NCBI GenBank assembly: GCA_964016885.1
Contig: OZ024741.1
Coordinates: 127,286,001 to 127,350,000, forward strand
DNA from: Eledone cirrhosa
Taxonomy: Eukaryota
Direction of reading: 5' to 3'
Length of the DNA stretch: 64,000 bases
Numbering within the stretch: position 1 is the first letter of the stretch; the number at the start of each line of letters is the position of its first letter. A program made the translations under genes and the position numbers. This document shows, piece by piece, positions 38,813 to 52,544 of this stretch. The notes under the pieces are model-generated. The model worked only from the letters and a program-made list of their open reading frames with translations, was not told where the DNA came from and made no database searches.

Positions 38813-38985
38813 ATATATATATATATTATATATATATATATATATTATATATATATATTATATATAATATATAATATATATATATTAGTAAATAGACCAA
38901 AAACTGTGGGTAGGTGAACACACCCGTTTATCTTTTTTTTTTAAATGCAACAAATAAAACAAATTGTAATAATTTTATACACCAA
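38488..38985. repeat. Two adjacent inverted repeats, each centred on a (TA)n tract
   Basis: 38488-38537 / 38575-38622 and 38622-38730 / 38883-38985 are reverse-complement arms. Confidence 0.85.
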
Positions 38986-39469
38986 CGAAGTTCTCACGTA
39001 CACACAAAGTACCAAGTGTGTATATCAGGTGTATATATCAGATGTACATACAATACGTCAATAGAATATATTGTTATTTATGTTGAGAATTTTCTTCTTG
39101 GAGAGAGATTTGGTGACGTGGGTGATATGAAATGAAAATGAAATTACTAGCGATCGGCCGGGTCGGATTAAACTTGCATGAGGACCCGGGCTCTGGCCGA
39201 AAACTTTATCGAGGGCTTTGCGTGGTAGCAAAAAAAATAATTTGGTGCCCTTTGAATATTGTGGCACCCTTGGCTATTCAGACCCCTCCCACTTAATCTA
39301 CCACTGGCGACCGGGCACTGAAAGTGTAACGTAAATATCGAATTGGAAGAGGAAATGGGAAATTAGGAGGTTTAACGATCGCCACAATGTCGCAAATTTG
39401 GGAGAGCGAAGCTCGTCTACGGAAAATAATTCTATTCACATCTAGGAAACATTATAAGAATATAAATCC

Positions 39470-39945
39470 ACCCATGGTATTTAATTTGTGTTTATTTTAT
39501 CAACACTCTCACGGTGAAAGGATGAAAGACTATGTTGATCTCAGCGGGATTTGAACTCAGAACGTAAAGGCATGAACAACCGTGAACTGTGATAAAATAA
39601 TAATAATAATTTCTTTATTTATTATTTTTAATAATAATAGTTTCTAATTTTGACAAAAGGTTTGAAATTTGGGGGAGGATTAAGTCGGTTAAATCGACGT
39701 CCGTACTGAACTGGTACTTTATTTTATCGACCTCAGGAACGATAAATTGGCAAAATAAATCTCAGCGGTATTAAAATTCGGACTGTGATTAAATTTTTTT
39801 TTTTAAATTATCCGACGCCCTAACGATTCCTTCAAACATTGACACAAGGCCAGCAGTTTGGGGAAAGGAGGAAAGTCCATTAGATTGACCCTAATACTGG
39901 ATTGGTCCTTTATTTTATCGACCTCAGAAGAATAAAAGACGAAAT
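39470..39945 (-). mobile_element. Cluster of decayed tRNA-type SINE copies
   Basis: GGGATTTGAACTCAGAACG (B-box, minus) and repeated TGGTACTTTATTTTATCGAC cores. Confidence 0.65.
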
Positions 39946-40008
39946 TAAAAACCAACGATTATGATAATAACAATAATAATAACTATCAAATCAAATAAAG
40001 TCACAGAC

Positions 40009-40145
40009 CTGTATTTTGTAAAACGATCTGGATCATTTTTGAACATTTCATCCATCTGTAAATAAGATCCATGGTGATCATAGTAGGCTTTTAGATCTAG
40101 CCAGGCAGATTCAGCTGTCAATTCAGTTTTCTGTTCGCAAGACAT
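40009..40145 (-). CDS. GPI: Glucose-6-phosphate isomerase, first coding exon
   Basis: MSCEQKTELTAESAWLDLKAYYDHHGSYLQMDEMFKNDPDRFTKYS resembles the PGI N-terminus (LT...W..L..Y......L...F..D.DRF..YS). 137 nt ending at the phase-2 donor AG|GTCTGT, matching my recollection of the intron-1 position in vertebrate GPI. Confidence 0.85.
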
Positions 40146-40324
40146 GATTATGGGCAAACGACCTTGGCAATGTCCTTCGGTAGCCTTGCTTCTGTCTCTG
40201 TTTCTGTTTCTGTCAGATTGTAGACTTAACCTTAACCTTCTTCTTCGCCTCCTACCTCAACGGCAATAGCTATGTTGTGCTTCACGACAAACCTTGTTTT
40301 AAGTACACCACTAACATTAGGCTA

Positions 40325-40500
40325 AGGCACTTATCTGAATAACATATCACTAAAATAATACAAAGGCACTAATCCGAATCCTGAGGCACGTATCTGAATG
40401 TTGGGGTATTTATCCGAATGTTAAGGTACGTAATAGATTTCTGGGGTACTTATCCGAATATTGGGCATTCATCGAACGTTAAGACACTTATCCGAATGCT
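40325..40500. repeat. Degenerate ~20-bp tandem repeat (GGCACTTATCCGAATGTTAA-like) upstream of GPI
   Basis: About 8 copies of CAC/TACTTATCCGAAT variants. Confidence 0.7.
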
Positions 40501-40869
40501 ATACCACAAAAAGAAAATGCTAAGTTACTCACTTGGGCACTGTGTAGACGCCGTATGTCTGAATGGTTAAAGAGTTCATTATTGGTTCTGGTTCGATCTC
40601 ACTGTGTGGCATCTTAAACCAGTGTCATCTACCCCAGCATTGTGAGAGGAATTGAGTCGATGGAAACTGGAAGCCAAATTGATGGATTGACTGTAGTTGT
40701 AATTCAAAGGACCAGCCAAGACAAGTACTGTGTTACACTGAATCTCCCTAAGAATTACATTAAGTGTACCCGTGTCTGAGGAGTGCTCAGCCACTTGCAT
40801 GTTAATTTCATGAGCAGGCTGTTCCGTTTCTCAAACAACAAGAATACTCATCGTCGAAACCAACAGAGA

Positions 40870-42010
40870 TCCTCTCCTGCACACTGCATCTGATACATCT
40901 TAGGCCCAGTTTCTCTCCCAGCTCATTGATGCTTATTCGTTCATGCACACCTCTATTACACATCCATCGGAGCATGATGCCTCATTTCTTTCCAACCTTC
41001 GTGTCGTAATAAGTGAAGAGACCTACCTTTGCGTCTCCACTCGTGTCTGGACTGAATCTCCCTGCGTGATGCTCACCAGTTTCGCGTCTGGCCAGAAAAC
41101 ATAGCAAAACTCACACACTCATTCGCATCCTATATCACAAGATGTCCACATTCTGCCGCCCCATATTGACCACGAGAGAGACCTGATCTGCACTTCCGAT
41201 TTGACGTCACTGGCCCCTAACTTCATAGGTCTTCTGCACACAGCGCCAAAGGTTCACTTCCATGCAGCATTGCAGTTCACACACAAGCGTTATACAATAT
41301 CCCTTTCATTTGGAAGGAAAAGCCTTTTGTAGCTAGCAGTGACTGAAGCTCCCTGAACTTTTACACCCCGTTCTCACTTTGGCAGCTGTACAGAACACCC
41401 GCCGCCACTGCTAATTTGGTCACCTGGGTAACAGAAGCTATTCACTACCTCTAGGGAGCCCTACGAGCATTTTATAGAGCTGGTTCCATGTGGGCTTTTG
41501 CAGCTTGCTACGCCTCTGCATTGACCACACACAAAGCTGACATTCTTGCTAGCAGGGAGCCTGCTAAGTCTCTTATGTACCCATAATTTACATTTTGGTG
41601 CATAGAGTGGAATTTCTACCTACTTTCCTGCATTCTGAGGGGATCAGGGCTCTGTTATCCTTTCTATTTACTAGTACTTTGGTCTTTGCCAGTTTGATTT
41701 TAAGACCTTTTGATTCCAAATTTTGCTACAGGATCTGGGATTTTTTCTCTAATTCTGCCACAGAATCAGCTATAAGATCTAGATCATCGGTATATAAGAG
41801 TTCGCATGGGCAGTCAGTTATAAACTCCTCTGTTATGGCCTGGGGGATGATAGATAATAAACAAGCTGAGAACACAGCCTTTGTGGACTCCCACAAACAA
41901 ACTAGATTCCTCGCATACGCATTGTTAATTTTAACCTTGCTGACAACCCCTCTGTATATGGTTTACACTGCTCTCAGAGGCCACTCATCTACCCCTATTT
42001 TCAGCCATCT
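40870..42010 (-). mobile_element. Highly decayed RTE-like LINE
   Basis: Minus-strand ELLYTDDLDLIADSVAELEKK near 41745-41805 (RT YxDD-like motif); VDSFCYPGDQISSGGG near 41400-41445. Confidence 0.65.
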
Positions 42011-42368
42011 GGCATGCAAATTTCTGCATTAAGGCAGAAATTTACTTGTAAATACCCGTCTGTAACTCTTCGAAACTTATACACAAATATATACACGTAA
42101 TGTATCATTTTGTTGCTATAAGACGTTCACTTTCTAATCACAAGGTCTCATTCTAAGCTTACATTTTTCCCTGAAAATTAAATATGTTCAATGCTATTGC
42201 CGTCGTGGATTCACTAGCCTAATGGCATGCCTTTATCTGTATCTGTTTAGTTACGTAACAATGTGCACTGGAATGAATAGTATAAACGTTAATGCACCAA
42301 AACTAGTGATTTCCATGGGTTTACTGATGTTACTCTGTTTCTTGAATATATATATGTGTGACTCTTTC

Positions 42369-42418
<50 letters not shown>

Positions 42419-42420
<2 letters not shown>

Positions 42421-42960
42421 TCAGCATCACCGTTTAACATCCATTTTTCCCCGCTAGCATCGGTTAGGCGAGTTATTCTGCGATGATTCGAACCAAATCT
42501 GGCTTAGTTTCTACGGCTGGATGCTCTTCCTAACGCCAACTCCATTTACAGCGTAAACGTAACCGATCACTTCACAGTGTGCACTGTGCGCTTTTTATCG
42601 TGTCATAAATACGAGCACTTTATGCTGTGGTGGGCTGTTTTTGTCGAAGCATCTGAACGACCACTTTACAGTGTGAACTGAGCGCTTTTTGTCCCGGCAC
42701 CGAAGCGACAACTTTACAGTGTGGACTGGGTGCTTGTCACTAAAACGGCCACCTTCTGTTGTGTCACCATCACACTCCCTTTACAGGTTGGACTGGGTGC
42801 TCTTGTCGTGACTCTATCCCAAGCACTTTACAGGGTAGACTGGGGGTTTATTGTCGTGTTGCTAACACGACTACACTACAGGGTGGACTGGGCCCTTTCA
42901 TCATGATACCAGCCAGCCCACACCATAGGGCGGGCCGGGTGCTTTTTGTCATGCTATCAA
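42419..42960 (+). repeat. Dispersed repeat (CATCATCGTTTAACGTCC... family) followed by degenerate tandem TTTACAG(T/G)GTGGACTGGG units
   Basis: Similar to 44835-45110 and (inverted) 62880-63060; about 8 subrepeats. Confidence 0.6.
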
Positions 42961-42979
42961 CACACGCACCAACCGTTCC

Positions 42980-44240
42980 GAGTATTACGATATACCGAAG
43001 AAAAGGGAATTTACTTTTCCCCGGGCATTCAAGGAGGGTGGGCATCCCAGGTATTCCGAACGCATCTAGGGGAGTCCCCACCGCCAGCAGTTTTGGGGGT
43101 AACAAGGAAAAAAAACAAGAGACAAAAATAAGCGATAGAGGTGTAGTTAGGAGAGTGTCTATCGTTAGTAGTCATGGGAAAATCTAAGGACAAAGGATAA
43201 GTGATAAAAAGTATAAGAAAATACATATGGGATAAAAATAAGATTTACAAATGGGGGATAAAAATAAAAATAAAAGTACAGTAAATGTAAATTAAATCGT
43301 AACAGATAGTGTGTAATAAATAAACAGTAAAGCTCAAAATATTAATAATGTTTAAATATAGTTGGTAACATATATGTATCCGAAAAGCTTAGTTTAAAAA
43401 AAAAGAATCGGAATAGAGAGTGAAGGAATAAAAATGATATCAAGTGACATGCATCGTATGGTCTGCATAGAGGCCATTTATGTAAATACCTGGGAACTAT
43501 GAACTATAGAAGTGAAATACAAGTCAGTATAAGGTATAGGAGGATAGGAAGAGAAGGAATTTGTAAAGTCCGACGGAGATTTGATTTTTAGCAGAATGTT
43601 CTTGGTTGCGGAAAGGATCAGAAGGCATAATTTGAAACATAATAATGGTTTATTTTCTTCCAAACATATTAATACAAGCAATAGAAGAGTGAAAAGTTGT
43701 AAATTAAGGCATAGTTAAGTTGAACGATAAAAATGTAATTCCTCGCAGAGTTATATATAGTTATTACTCTCGGCATCAGAAAGCAGGATGAACAAAAATC
43801 AGGAAAAAGTTACATTATTCCGCTCAGTTGAAAATCTGGAACGTAACTACACTACTTTAGTAATAAGTCTTTAGTAATACATAGTTGTACGGACTCACAT
43901 GAATTAAATTTTGTTATAGCCAAAAGATATGAACAACAAACAAGGAGGGAATTTGTGTTGCACGGGGAATGTGTGTGAAAAATGTTTAGGTAGGAAGAAT
44001 GTTGCTGGGCACTTGTCGAGAGGGCCAAAGTTTTTTGCTAGTTATCGACCGGGAACGCCATTTGTGAGGTCTAGTGTCGACGAAGTGAAAATCGCAACTT
44101 TCTGGGTAGAACTGAAAAAAGGCGCGAAGCAACTGCTGGGCGGAAGTCGTCCTTTGTATTCCAAGGGTTGGCGAGTGAAAAAGCCCGACCAAATTATTCC
44201 TCAGCTATGAAATAGTGCCATTGCTTGCTGCAGATTGTTC
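42980..44240 (-). mobile_element. Very decayed Penelope-like element
   Basis: Minus-strand remnants NLVGLF (~44175-44195), TLDLTNG (~44060-44080) and ICLEE (~43655-43670) are colinear with the RT/GIY-YIG of 21540-25366; (TA)n at the 5' side. Confidence 0.45.
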
Positions 44241-44254
44241 CATGTGTGGATATG

Positions 44255-44289
<35 letters not shown>

Positions 44290-45699
44290 GAGAGAGAGTT
44301 AGTTCCACAACAAATTAGCAAACCATACTCGAGGACGCGCATTTTCAACCCGTGTATGGCTGCGGTGAAATGAACCTATCGAATAGAAGCGACACAGCTT
44401 CTGTCGTTTTCTCACTCATTCAATAATTTTATTAAGTCTGTATTATTAAGACACAAACCGATGAAAATTAGAGTGTACAATTATACCTTAATTGGTGAGA
44501 AAAACGACTTCGTGTGGATAGGAAATTTGATTTTCCGGCTTCAGACCAATGCATTAGTTTCTGTGATTTCGATCGATCTGCCTGCGGTAGTCCAAATAGA
44601 AATACCGTACGCAATAATTAGGTAATATTAAACTATATTATACTATATTAATAATAATATAATAATAATAATAATATATAATATAATATAATATAATAAT
44701 AATAATAATGAAATTATTGTGTACAGTGCTCAGTAAACATTACATAAGTGGTTAGAGTCACGTCTTCAGCGGGGATTAGCCTCCCTGAAACGGAGACGTC
44801 CGATTAGCTATCAACTACACCATATATATATATATCATCATCATCGTTTTAACGTCCGCTTTCCTTGTTAGCAAGGGTTGGACGGGTCTATATAGACCAA
44901 GTCAGTACTGAAGCGGAGAAACTGATCTCTCAGGCAAACCAGGGATCTGTGTCTCGCTTTATGTATGGTCAACGCTTCACCAAGTGTACAGGAGAGGTTG
45001 TCATATCTATGACACAACTGAGGTTCCTCTTGACCCTTTTGTTTGGCAAGACTTTTACAGCTGGATGCCTTTCCTGTTACCAACCGCTTTACAACGTGTA
45101 CTGGGTGTGTTTATCGTATAGATCACCAACACTACGGAGATTATTTTACGTGTCGCACACACGATGCAGGTCTTCAAACTGTTGACACTCGAGTGTGGTG
45201 AAGTATTGGTCTTTAGCAGGGTGGTAGAATCAGTGGTCGTTACTTTAACAGGGTAGATGATTGAAGGTCGTTAGTTGCCAGTGTGGTAAGTGATAGTATC
45301 CTCGTTGGATTATCTTGTTGACATAGACGTGAGGGAAGGTCCCTCGATCTATTTACCCTCTATTTACAATATTCCTTTCGTCAGGTCGCCAATTCCAGCA
45401 GCATGGATTATAGATGTTATTGAGACACGAGTAACATAATAATGATTTCAACAGCAGTAATTAGAGATGAAATGTTTGTTTATTTATATGGTTGAAGTTA
45501 CAGATAAAAAGAGGTTACAAAAGGGAATGTGCCATTGCGCTGTTAAGCCGGCGAGGCTAGGGTGCAAATCTCACCGTTACATTATGCGTGTTGCTGGCTT
45601 GAAGTTTTTTGGTACAAGAGAGAGATTCTTCAAATCTTCGCGGGGAATTTCTTCCTCAGGGCGCGTAGGGATACATCCTCTTCTACTGGTGCTGATTGG

Positions 45700-46560
45700 C
45701 TGAACTGAGCCAAATCACGCACAGAGAATGTATGTGAGCCCGCGGAATGTAGGTCACTACAGGTCCTTGCTTGAAGTACGCCCCATAAAAAGTAATCGAG
45801 AACTGGTCTACTACTGGGTCAGATGTTGGCCCTCACAAAAAATGGCACCTTCTCACCAAAGAAGGCTTGCGTTGCTTTTGACCCATAGCATGATGCAGAA
45901 TCCTGGATAAGCACCATATAGTCAAGCCCAAACTTCTGCTCCATCCAAGGTAACAGAAAGTTCTTCCGGATGTCCATATATTCCTTTGTGCCGATCTTCT
46001 AGCCAGACTCAATGAAGTGTGGTTCCATGACACTTCCATCACTCGCCACAGCTACAAATACCATCACAGAGGCAGGACTCTTAGTTTCAAACACATGGGG
46101 GAAGTCAGAAAGGTTATATGCAATCACTCGAGAATTTCTGCAATTCACCTCAGCGTCCACAGTGAACTTCTTCTCGTCCACAAACATGAGAGTTTTTCCT
46201 GCACTTTGATGCTTGATGAATGACAAACATTTTGGGCATCTCTCGGCTCTGATTCCTTTGGCCTTGGCTGTTAGGAGGCGACGTCGAACATAACTAGTCA
46301 TGCCAAGTTCCTGGTCACATCTCTGGACACTTTGGAAAGGGACACGCTGCGTTTCTTTGCATGAGTTGTCATGGATGTGGATGGGTTAGCTTCAATCGAG
46401 CGTTTGAGGCCAGCGAGAAACTTTGGATTGCGCTTGGAATACCTTCGAGTCTTGCGTTCTTTCCTATCAATCTTGCCATCTTCTTTAAATTGTTTATACA
46501 TACGATAAACTGTTGCTTTTCGAAGTTTCGTCAACTTCTTAAAATCGGTCTCAGATTATT
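45700..46560 (-). pseudogene. Tc1/mariner-superfamily transposase relic (DD37D/maT-like)
   Basis: HTH-like KATVYRMYKQFKEDG...IEANPSTSM; LMFVDEKKFTV...TKSPASVMVFVAVASDG; QDSA motif; frameshifts and stops. Confidence 0.8.
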
Positions 46561-49194
46561 TGCAAGATAGTACAATATCCGTGTGTCTGACTGAATTCAT
46601 CCTATCTACCCAGGAAAATATTGAGCCAAAGTTAGGTTCTTTGGCATTGGTCCCCAATCATGATATTGAATACGGTGTGTTTTGGAGCATTTAAACCTGG
46701 CGGAGTTCATTTCTCTCCAGGTCTAAATACAGCCAATTTCTTTAAAACAGTGAGAAAGAAATAAATAAAAACGAAGAATCGACCCAAGTATTGAATTGGT
46801 ATTTTATTTATCGATTTCGAAAGGATGAAAGAGAAGGTAAAGTTGTCCTCTGCGAGATTTAGACTTAGGGAGCTGTGAGTCGGAACAAATACCGAGCCAT
46901 CTTTAATCCGACACCACAACCACTTTGCCAATTAACTACTTTTATTAAGGTTGTACCTACCTAACAAAAAAATTAAATTATAATTTTTTTTAATTTAGAA
47001 CAATACGATCATGCGACTGGAATGGGGTTCCTCGAAAGGGTCTTTGAAATAATTGTTTCAACTTTTGGCACAAGGCCAGCAATTATCTCAGTGTATTACT
47101 GGTACTCTATTTTATCGACCCCGTAAGGATGAAAGGCAATTCTCTGAATTGAAAGATCACAGTTCCAATATTACGGACATGTGGTTAGAATGTTTAAGGA
47201 AAAAAATCACTGGACAGATTTTACCGTCAAACCAATTCGTATGAGACCCAGTGGTAGACCCCGAGCAAGAAGAAGAAGAAGAAGAAGAAGAGACAATAAC
47301 AATGCTTCTGTAGAATGGTCATTGGTGACGATGCTGTTACGATGATGATGATGCTTCAAGAACACCGCAAGAGCTACTTTCATGTATCAGTTACTACATT
47401 TTTCAATGTGGCCTTTAACCCCTTTAATACCAAACCACCCTTGAAGTATTGGGGTCGATTCTACCTCTATATCTCTTTCCTACTTTCGTTCTCTCACTCG
47501 CTATTCTTCTCTGGAAGAAAGTTGCTGTATTCAGACCTGGTAAGGATTAGGCTCGTATGTCAATACGGCACCCCTACGACTCTCTCATAAGTTACTGGAC
47601 CATGCAAAAAATATATATATTTATCTAAAAATCTTCCATCACAGTTTGTTGAGTTATGATCCAAACATCAACTCAATAATGTGAAAGTTTTTTACTAAAT
47701 CCATCAAAATTCTTGCCCTAGGCCCAGAGCCTAATCACCCTCCCCCTCTCCATTCATCTGTGACACTAGAGCCCTAGCTTTTCCCTTCTTTTCTGTTTCT
47801 TTTAAATATTTTCTCAATTTACATTCCATTCTTTCTTCTCAATCATTTTTTCTTTTCTTTTTCTATTAAATTGTATTTACATGACATCAATTCAATTGTA
47901 AATAAATTAATTTTCTAAATGATTTAAAAATTATACACAGTGTCTTTTAATGGAAATACAGTAACGAAATAGTTATATTTCTTAAACGGTTGTGTGTACG
48001 TGAGGGAATTTGGCTACTATTTCTAGCAAGTCAAGCAAAGGTATAAAGACTCTGTTTTGTTAGCAGCAGAAGTAATAGTTTCTTCAAATTCCTCTAACCC
48101 CCGCCCTTTTTAGTTTAACTAATATACTTTCCCTTCCTCCAGCTGTCGTACTAATTAGGTCAACTAGCTATCAAATCTATCTACTGTACTTCATATAGTG
48201 AGATAGCTATGAAGTTCGTGGTGAGTGAGGGTGGGGTATAGAGTTACTGCTAATTCTTCCTGTACATTTATCAAGTGTCGGATTTAGGTATAAGTTAAAT
48301 AAGCATTAACTTAGGGCCTCACTATACGCAAGAGCCTAAAAAAACTGTCTTAACTTTTTCGTTACCATATTTCTAATAAAATATACTGCCTCTACTTTTC
48401 AAATGATTTATTCAATACTGTGCATACTCATGTAAAAGTCTAATCTCTAGATTATGTTTTGTGTTAAATTTATGGAGTCGATTATTACATGGACACTACT
48501 TTTAAAGAGCTAAAATCTACACTATAATTCAAAATACGGTACTTTGATTTTTTTTTTTTTATATCCCAAAAGAAAGAAATAACGATGTGCGTGCGTAGGT
48601 GGGTGATATATATGCACACGCGCGTGTTCGTGTGTTCCCGTGAACGTGTTTTTAAGGGAGACAACTTTTAATTAAGTAACGTCCCTTAGCAATTTGGTAA
48701 TGTTTCTACTTTAGATAAAAGACCAGCAATTTTAAGAGGAGGGGGAAGTTGATTATGCCGGCCTCACTAGATGACTGGTACTTTATTTTATCGATTACAA
48801 AACAGATGAAGACAAATTTTAATCAGAATGTAAAACCCAGAACAAATACTGCAATGGTATTTTAACCCACACTCTGGAATGTATCTTTATCGGTTTCGAG
48901 GATGAGTGTCCCAGTTATTCGATCAACGGAACAGCCACCTCATTAAATTAAGGTGCAAGTGACTGAGCATTCCATAGACAGGTGCATCAATAAAGTAATT
49001 CTCAGAGATTCAGCGTGACACATGTAACTAGGCTGATCCTTTGAATTACAGAAATAGTCCATCAGACAGGTTTCCAAACAGTTTGCGTCTAGCCAATTTC
49101 ACTCAGAAGGCTTGTATTTATCCGCAGTGAGATCGATACCGGGACCTAATATTTGTAAAACGAACCACCGCTATTTGGGCAATATTAGAATTTT

Positions 49195-52022
49195 TTTATT
49201 TTTTTTATTACTTTATTTTCATGTCATTCAATGAAGAATGACATGATGCTGAATGAAAATAAAAGTAATATATATAAACATACACATACCGACCATAATT
49301 AAATATGGAATGATACGCGATGCCCCCCCCCCCCTCCCCATCCCCACAGCCCCGGCAGTCAGAATGGAGAAGGCGTTTCCCCGGAGGACGGCAAGGGAGA
49401 CGCGCTGGAAAAGCCACTCCAACTCGGGGGGCTCACACCTGCGGCTGGACAGCTCAGCGCCTATGGTGGTGAGTAGGGAGTTAGCTCTAGGGCCGAGGAC
49501 ACCAGATGTCTCCACTGCCAGGGGTACAACTGCAAACCTGTTGGAGGGCGACCGGTATTTGAGGAGTTTAGCCTCTTCAGCCCGACGTGCAGCGGAACCC
49601 GGGTTAATTGCAGACTGCACCAGGTTGCGGCTGCAGAAAGTGTCGGTGCAAGTGGCATCCCAGATGAGGAGTTTGCCACCGCGGAACGGGAAGATGGTCA
49701 TGCCATCTGGCATTTTGCCGTCCCCTCTGTCCAGCCCCACCGGCTCGAGCTGGGAAGGGAAGCCTGCAGCGAGCGTCCAAGCCATGCTTTATAACGTCGT
49801 TGAGGGCAGCATGGCGTGGAAGGCGGCCGGCACTGTGGCGACAGGAAAGCGGGTGGAGGCCGAAAGGGTCCACGGTGGATCCGCAGTGACATTGGTGTGG
49901 CTCGCAGATCCGGAGGCCGAGCCTCAAAGAAACGCCAATGCGCAGCCTATTATTGTCTAGCTGCATGCCAGTGGAGAAGGAGGGCAGGGCATGGAGCCAG
50001 ACACCACTGTGGGGTTTGGAGGCCGCACGAAAACAAGCATGGCGGTGCTGGTCGAGCTGGTGCGTGAGCCTGTCTGAGGTCAGGCTGCACCGGATGGCAT
50101 CCCAAGTGCTTTGGAGGGACGTGACGTCAACAGGGGGAGAAGGAGGAAGGACGTCTACTGGGCTGAGTCCCAGCCGGTCCCACGTCTCACAGGCTGCCTC
50201 ACGTTCTCTGTGCTTAGAAGAACCCTGCTGACGAGGACGCGGCACGAGGTTACCGACGAAAGATACGCCGGCAAAGCCAGTGAGATCGGGGACCGGAGGC
50301 CAAGGCCGCCATACCTGAGAGGTAAAGTGACCTGTTGCCATTCAATGTCATCAAATTTGACGTTGCATATCTCCTCGGCTGCTTCTCGGATACAAGTATC
50401 GAGGTCAGCGAGGAGAGATGTGTGAGTGTAGCACGGAGCGCTGAGAAGGGTATAGAGGAGCTTCGGCATGGCGAAGCATTTCCTCAACAGAAAGAGGGCT
50501 GGATGGCCGTCAATCAAGCCCAGTCGGCTCGTGAGAGTCTGGAGTTGTTGAAGACTGGAGCTGATGGAGCTGATGGCCGGCGGGTGGATCGGTAACTTGA
50601 GGATGAGGACATCCTCTTTGGGAGTCACCTGTACCTGGTGGAGAATGGACCGCACGTCCCAGACGGAGGCTGCAGAGCTCTCAACATCGTGGCTGACATT
50701 CACCACCTCCGACTTGGCCGAATTGACCTGGAGGCCGATTCTTGCCAGGGCAGAAACCACCGATTGTAGGTCATGGCAGACAGTCTGTACGGGCCCGCCC
50801 AGCGTAGCATCATCCATATACCAAACATTGAGAGGGGCTATGATACTCCGGGCGATGTGGTCTATACCAAGGGCAAACAGGAGGAGTCCCAAATGGTCGC
50901 CCTGTTGGACCCCAGTGGCCGAAGGTATGATCGTATCAGCAGCAAGGAGCATACTCGGGGCTCCATACGACAGGTAGGCCAGCGGGTAGGCAGAGGGGGC
51001 TCGGCTGAGATAGGCTTCGAGCAGATGGTCCCGGCGTAAGCAGTTGAACGCATTCCTCATGTCAAGCTTAACAATGAGGTTCCTGGAGTCCCTGGATGAC
51101 GATTCCGGTGAGCAGCTGTTGAAGAACTGCCTGGTTGCATGTGCGGCCCCCTCACAGCCACTGGACACGCCGACAACCCAGTTGCACTGGACTGAACTCC
51201 TCACCCAGTTCGGGTGTTATGGACCTGCAGACCACCTTGGCAGCCAGCCTCCGGAAGATATTGCCCACGGCGATGGGGCGTATGCCACCCTCTTTCTTCC
51301 TGAGAACGGTGAGGCTAGCCGAAAAAAAGAGGCCTCGGGCGTGAGGGTCCAGGGTGCCATGGATGAACCTATTGATGAGCGCCACAACTGCATTCAGGCG
51401 GCGCCCGGCTTCAGCGGAGAGGGGGCATAGGAGCTCCTTGAGGTGGCCTGGTCGGAGACCATCAACACCTCCGCTGCTGCTAGCTGGGAAGGACTTGATG
51501 ACGGACATGATGTCTGCATCAGAAGCCACAAGGAACAAGTGGGGGGTCGGGTGGGGGTATGGATCTGATATCAGCGAGTGGCTCAGGGTGCTTAAGTCGC
51601 AGGGCAGCCAGGATCTCCTCGGTGGGTTGGAGGACAGTGTCGTCTGAGGCAACCACTCTGACTGCGGCCGAGACATCACCCATGATTAATTTAGCATTTA
51701 CGCGGTCGCGCAAATGCTTGCCGCTGGTCTCGGGAGTGGAGGATTGGGGGTACCCGAGGGTGGGATGTGTGGCGTCCCTGAGCACGCTTGGAATGGGCGC
51801 TTGCCCAAAGGACGAAACATTGGCCTTGACGAAGGCTGCTGCCGACCGGCCGCCCCGGTCAGCGCCAGAGCTGGGGAGGCCGAGGGGGAGTGGGGCGAAA
51901 TAAAAGAGTCGCTCCCAGTCGATGGCTCGATTGGAGTCCAGGGCGCTCTTAATCGAGGAGGCGTGGGCATCGACTACCGGCACCCGGACCGCTCTAGGGA
52001 TCCTGCGTTGGATTATGTCCAC
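49195..52022 (-). mobile_element. 5'-truncated CRE-clade (restriction-like endonuclease) non-LTR retrotransposon, frameshifted
   Basis: KKEGGIRPIAVGNIFRRL, KLDMRNAFN, GVQQGD, WYMDD, LPLRYGGLGLRS, CHCG...HPLSC, RHAALND, PDG...IWDATC, PLAVETSG; A-rich 3' tail. Confidence 0.9.
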
Positions 52023-52381
52023 TGTATAGAATATAAAGGGAGACAACTTTGATAGGCTAACTGCAATGTTTATATCCCGATATCCTCCTCAAATTTAAAA
52101 CATTTGTATAAATAAACTTTATTTGTCATCATAACCATCGTCATAATATTACAAATAAAAATGCGAAAAGAGAAAGAAAAGGGAAAAGAAAAAAGAAAAA
52201 TACACACATCTAGTATCACTTACAACAAAAGGCAGGCGAAAGTGGTGAACAAACGAACTGCTGCCATATAACGATATCGCGAGGAGCACAGGAAAACCTC
52301 TCGAATAATTTTTTAGGCAAGCAGGCAGTTTAAATATTGTTTCATTAGTTGGACTAGAATAGTTGTTTGGTTTCGTTATTG

Positions 52382-52416
<35 letters not shown>

Positions 52417-52544
52417 GTGTAATGTATCCCACAAGTTACAGTGCAAGTCAGACAGAGTGTGGGAACGTTCTCTTGTGTATGAGTCGCCTCGTCGTCCTAG
52501 TGGACGGAATGGATGAAACGGTGTTCCGAAGAATGGCAAAGGAG

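Noticed and set aside
44450-44520. CCGATGA...GAAAAACGAC hammerhead-like segment
   Set aside because: Too many core mismatches
49253-52052. Plus-strand GC-rich ORFs
   Set aside because: Antisense shadows of the CRE-like ORF
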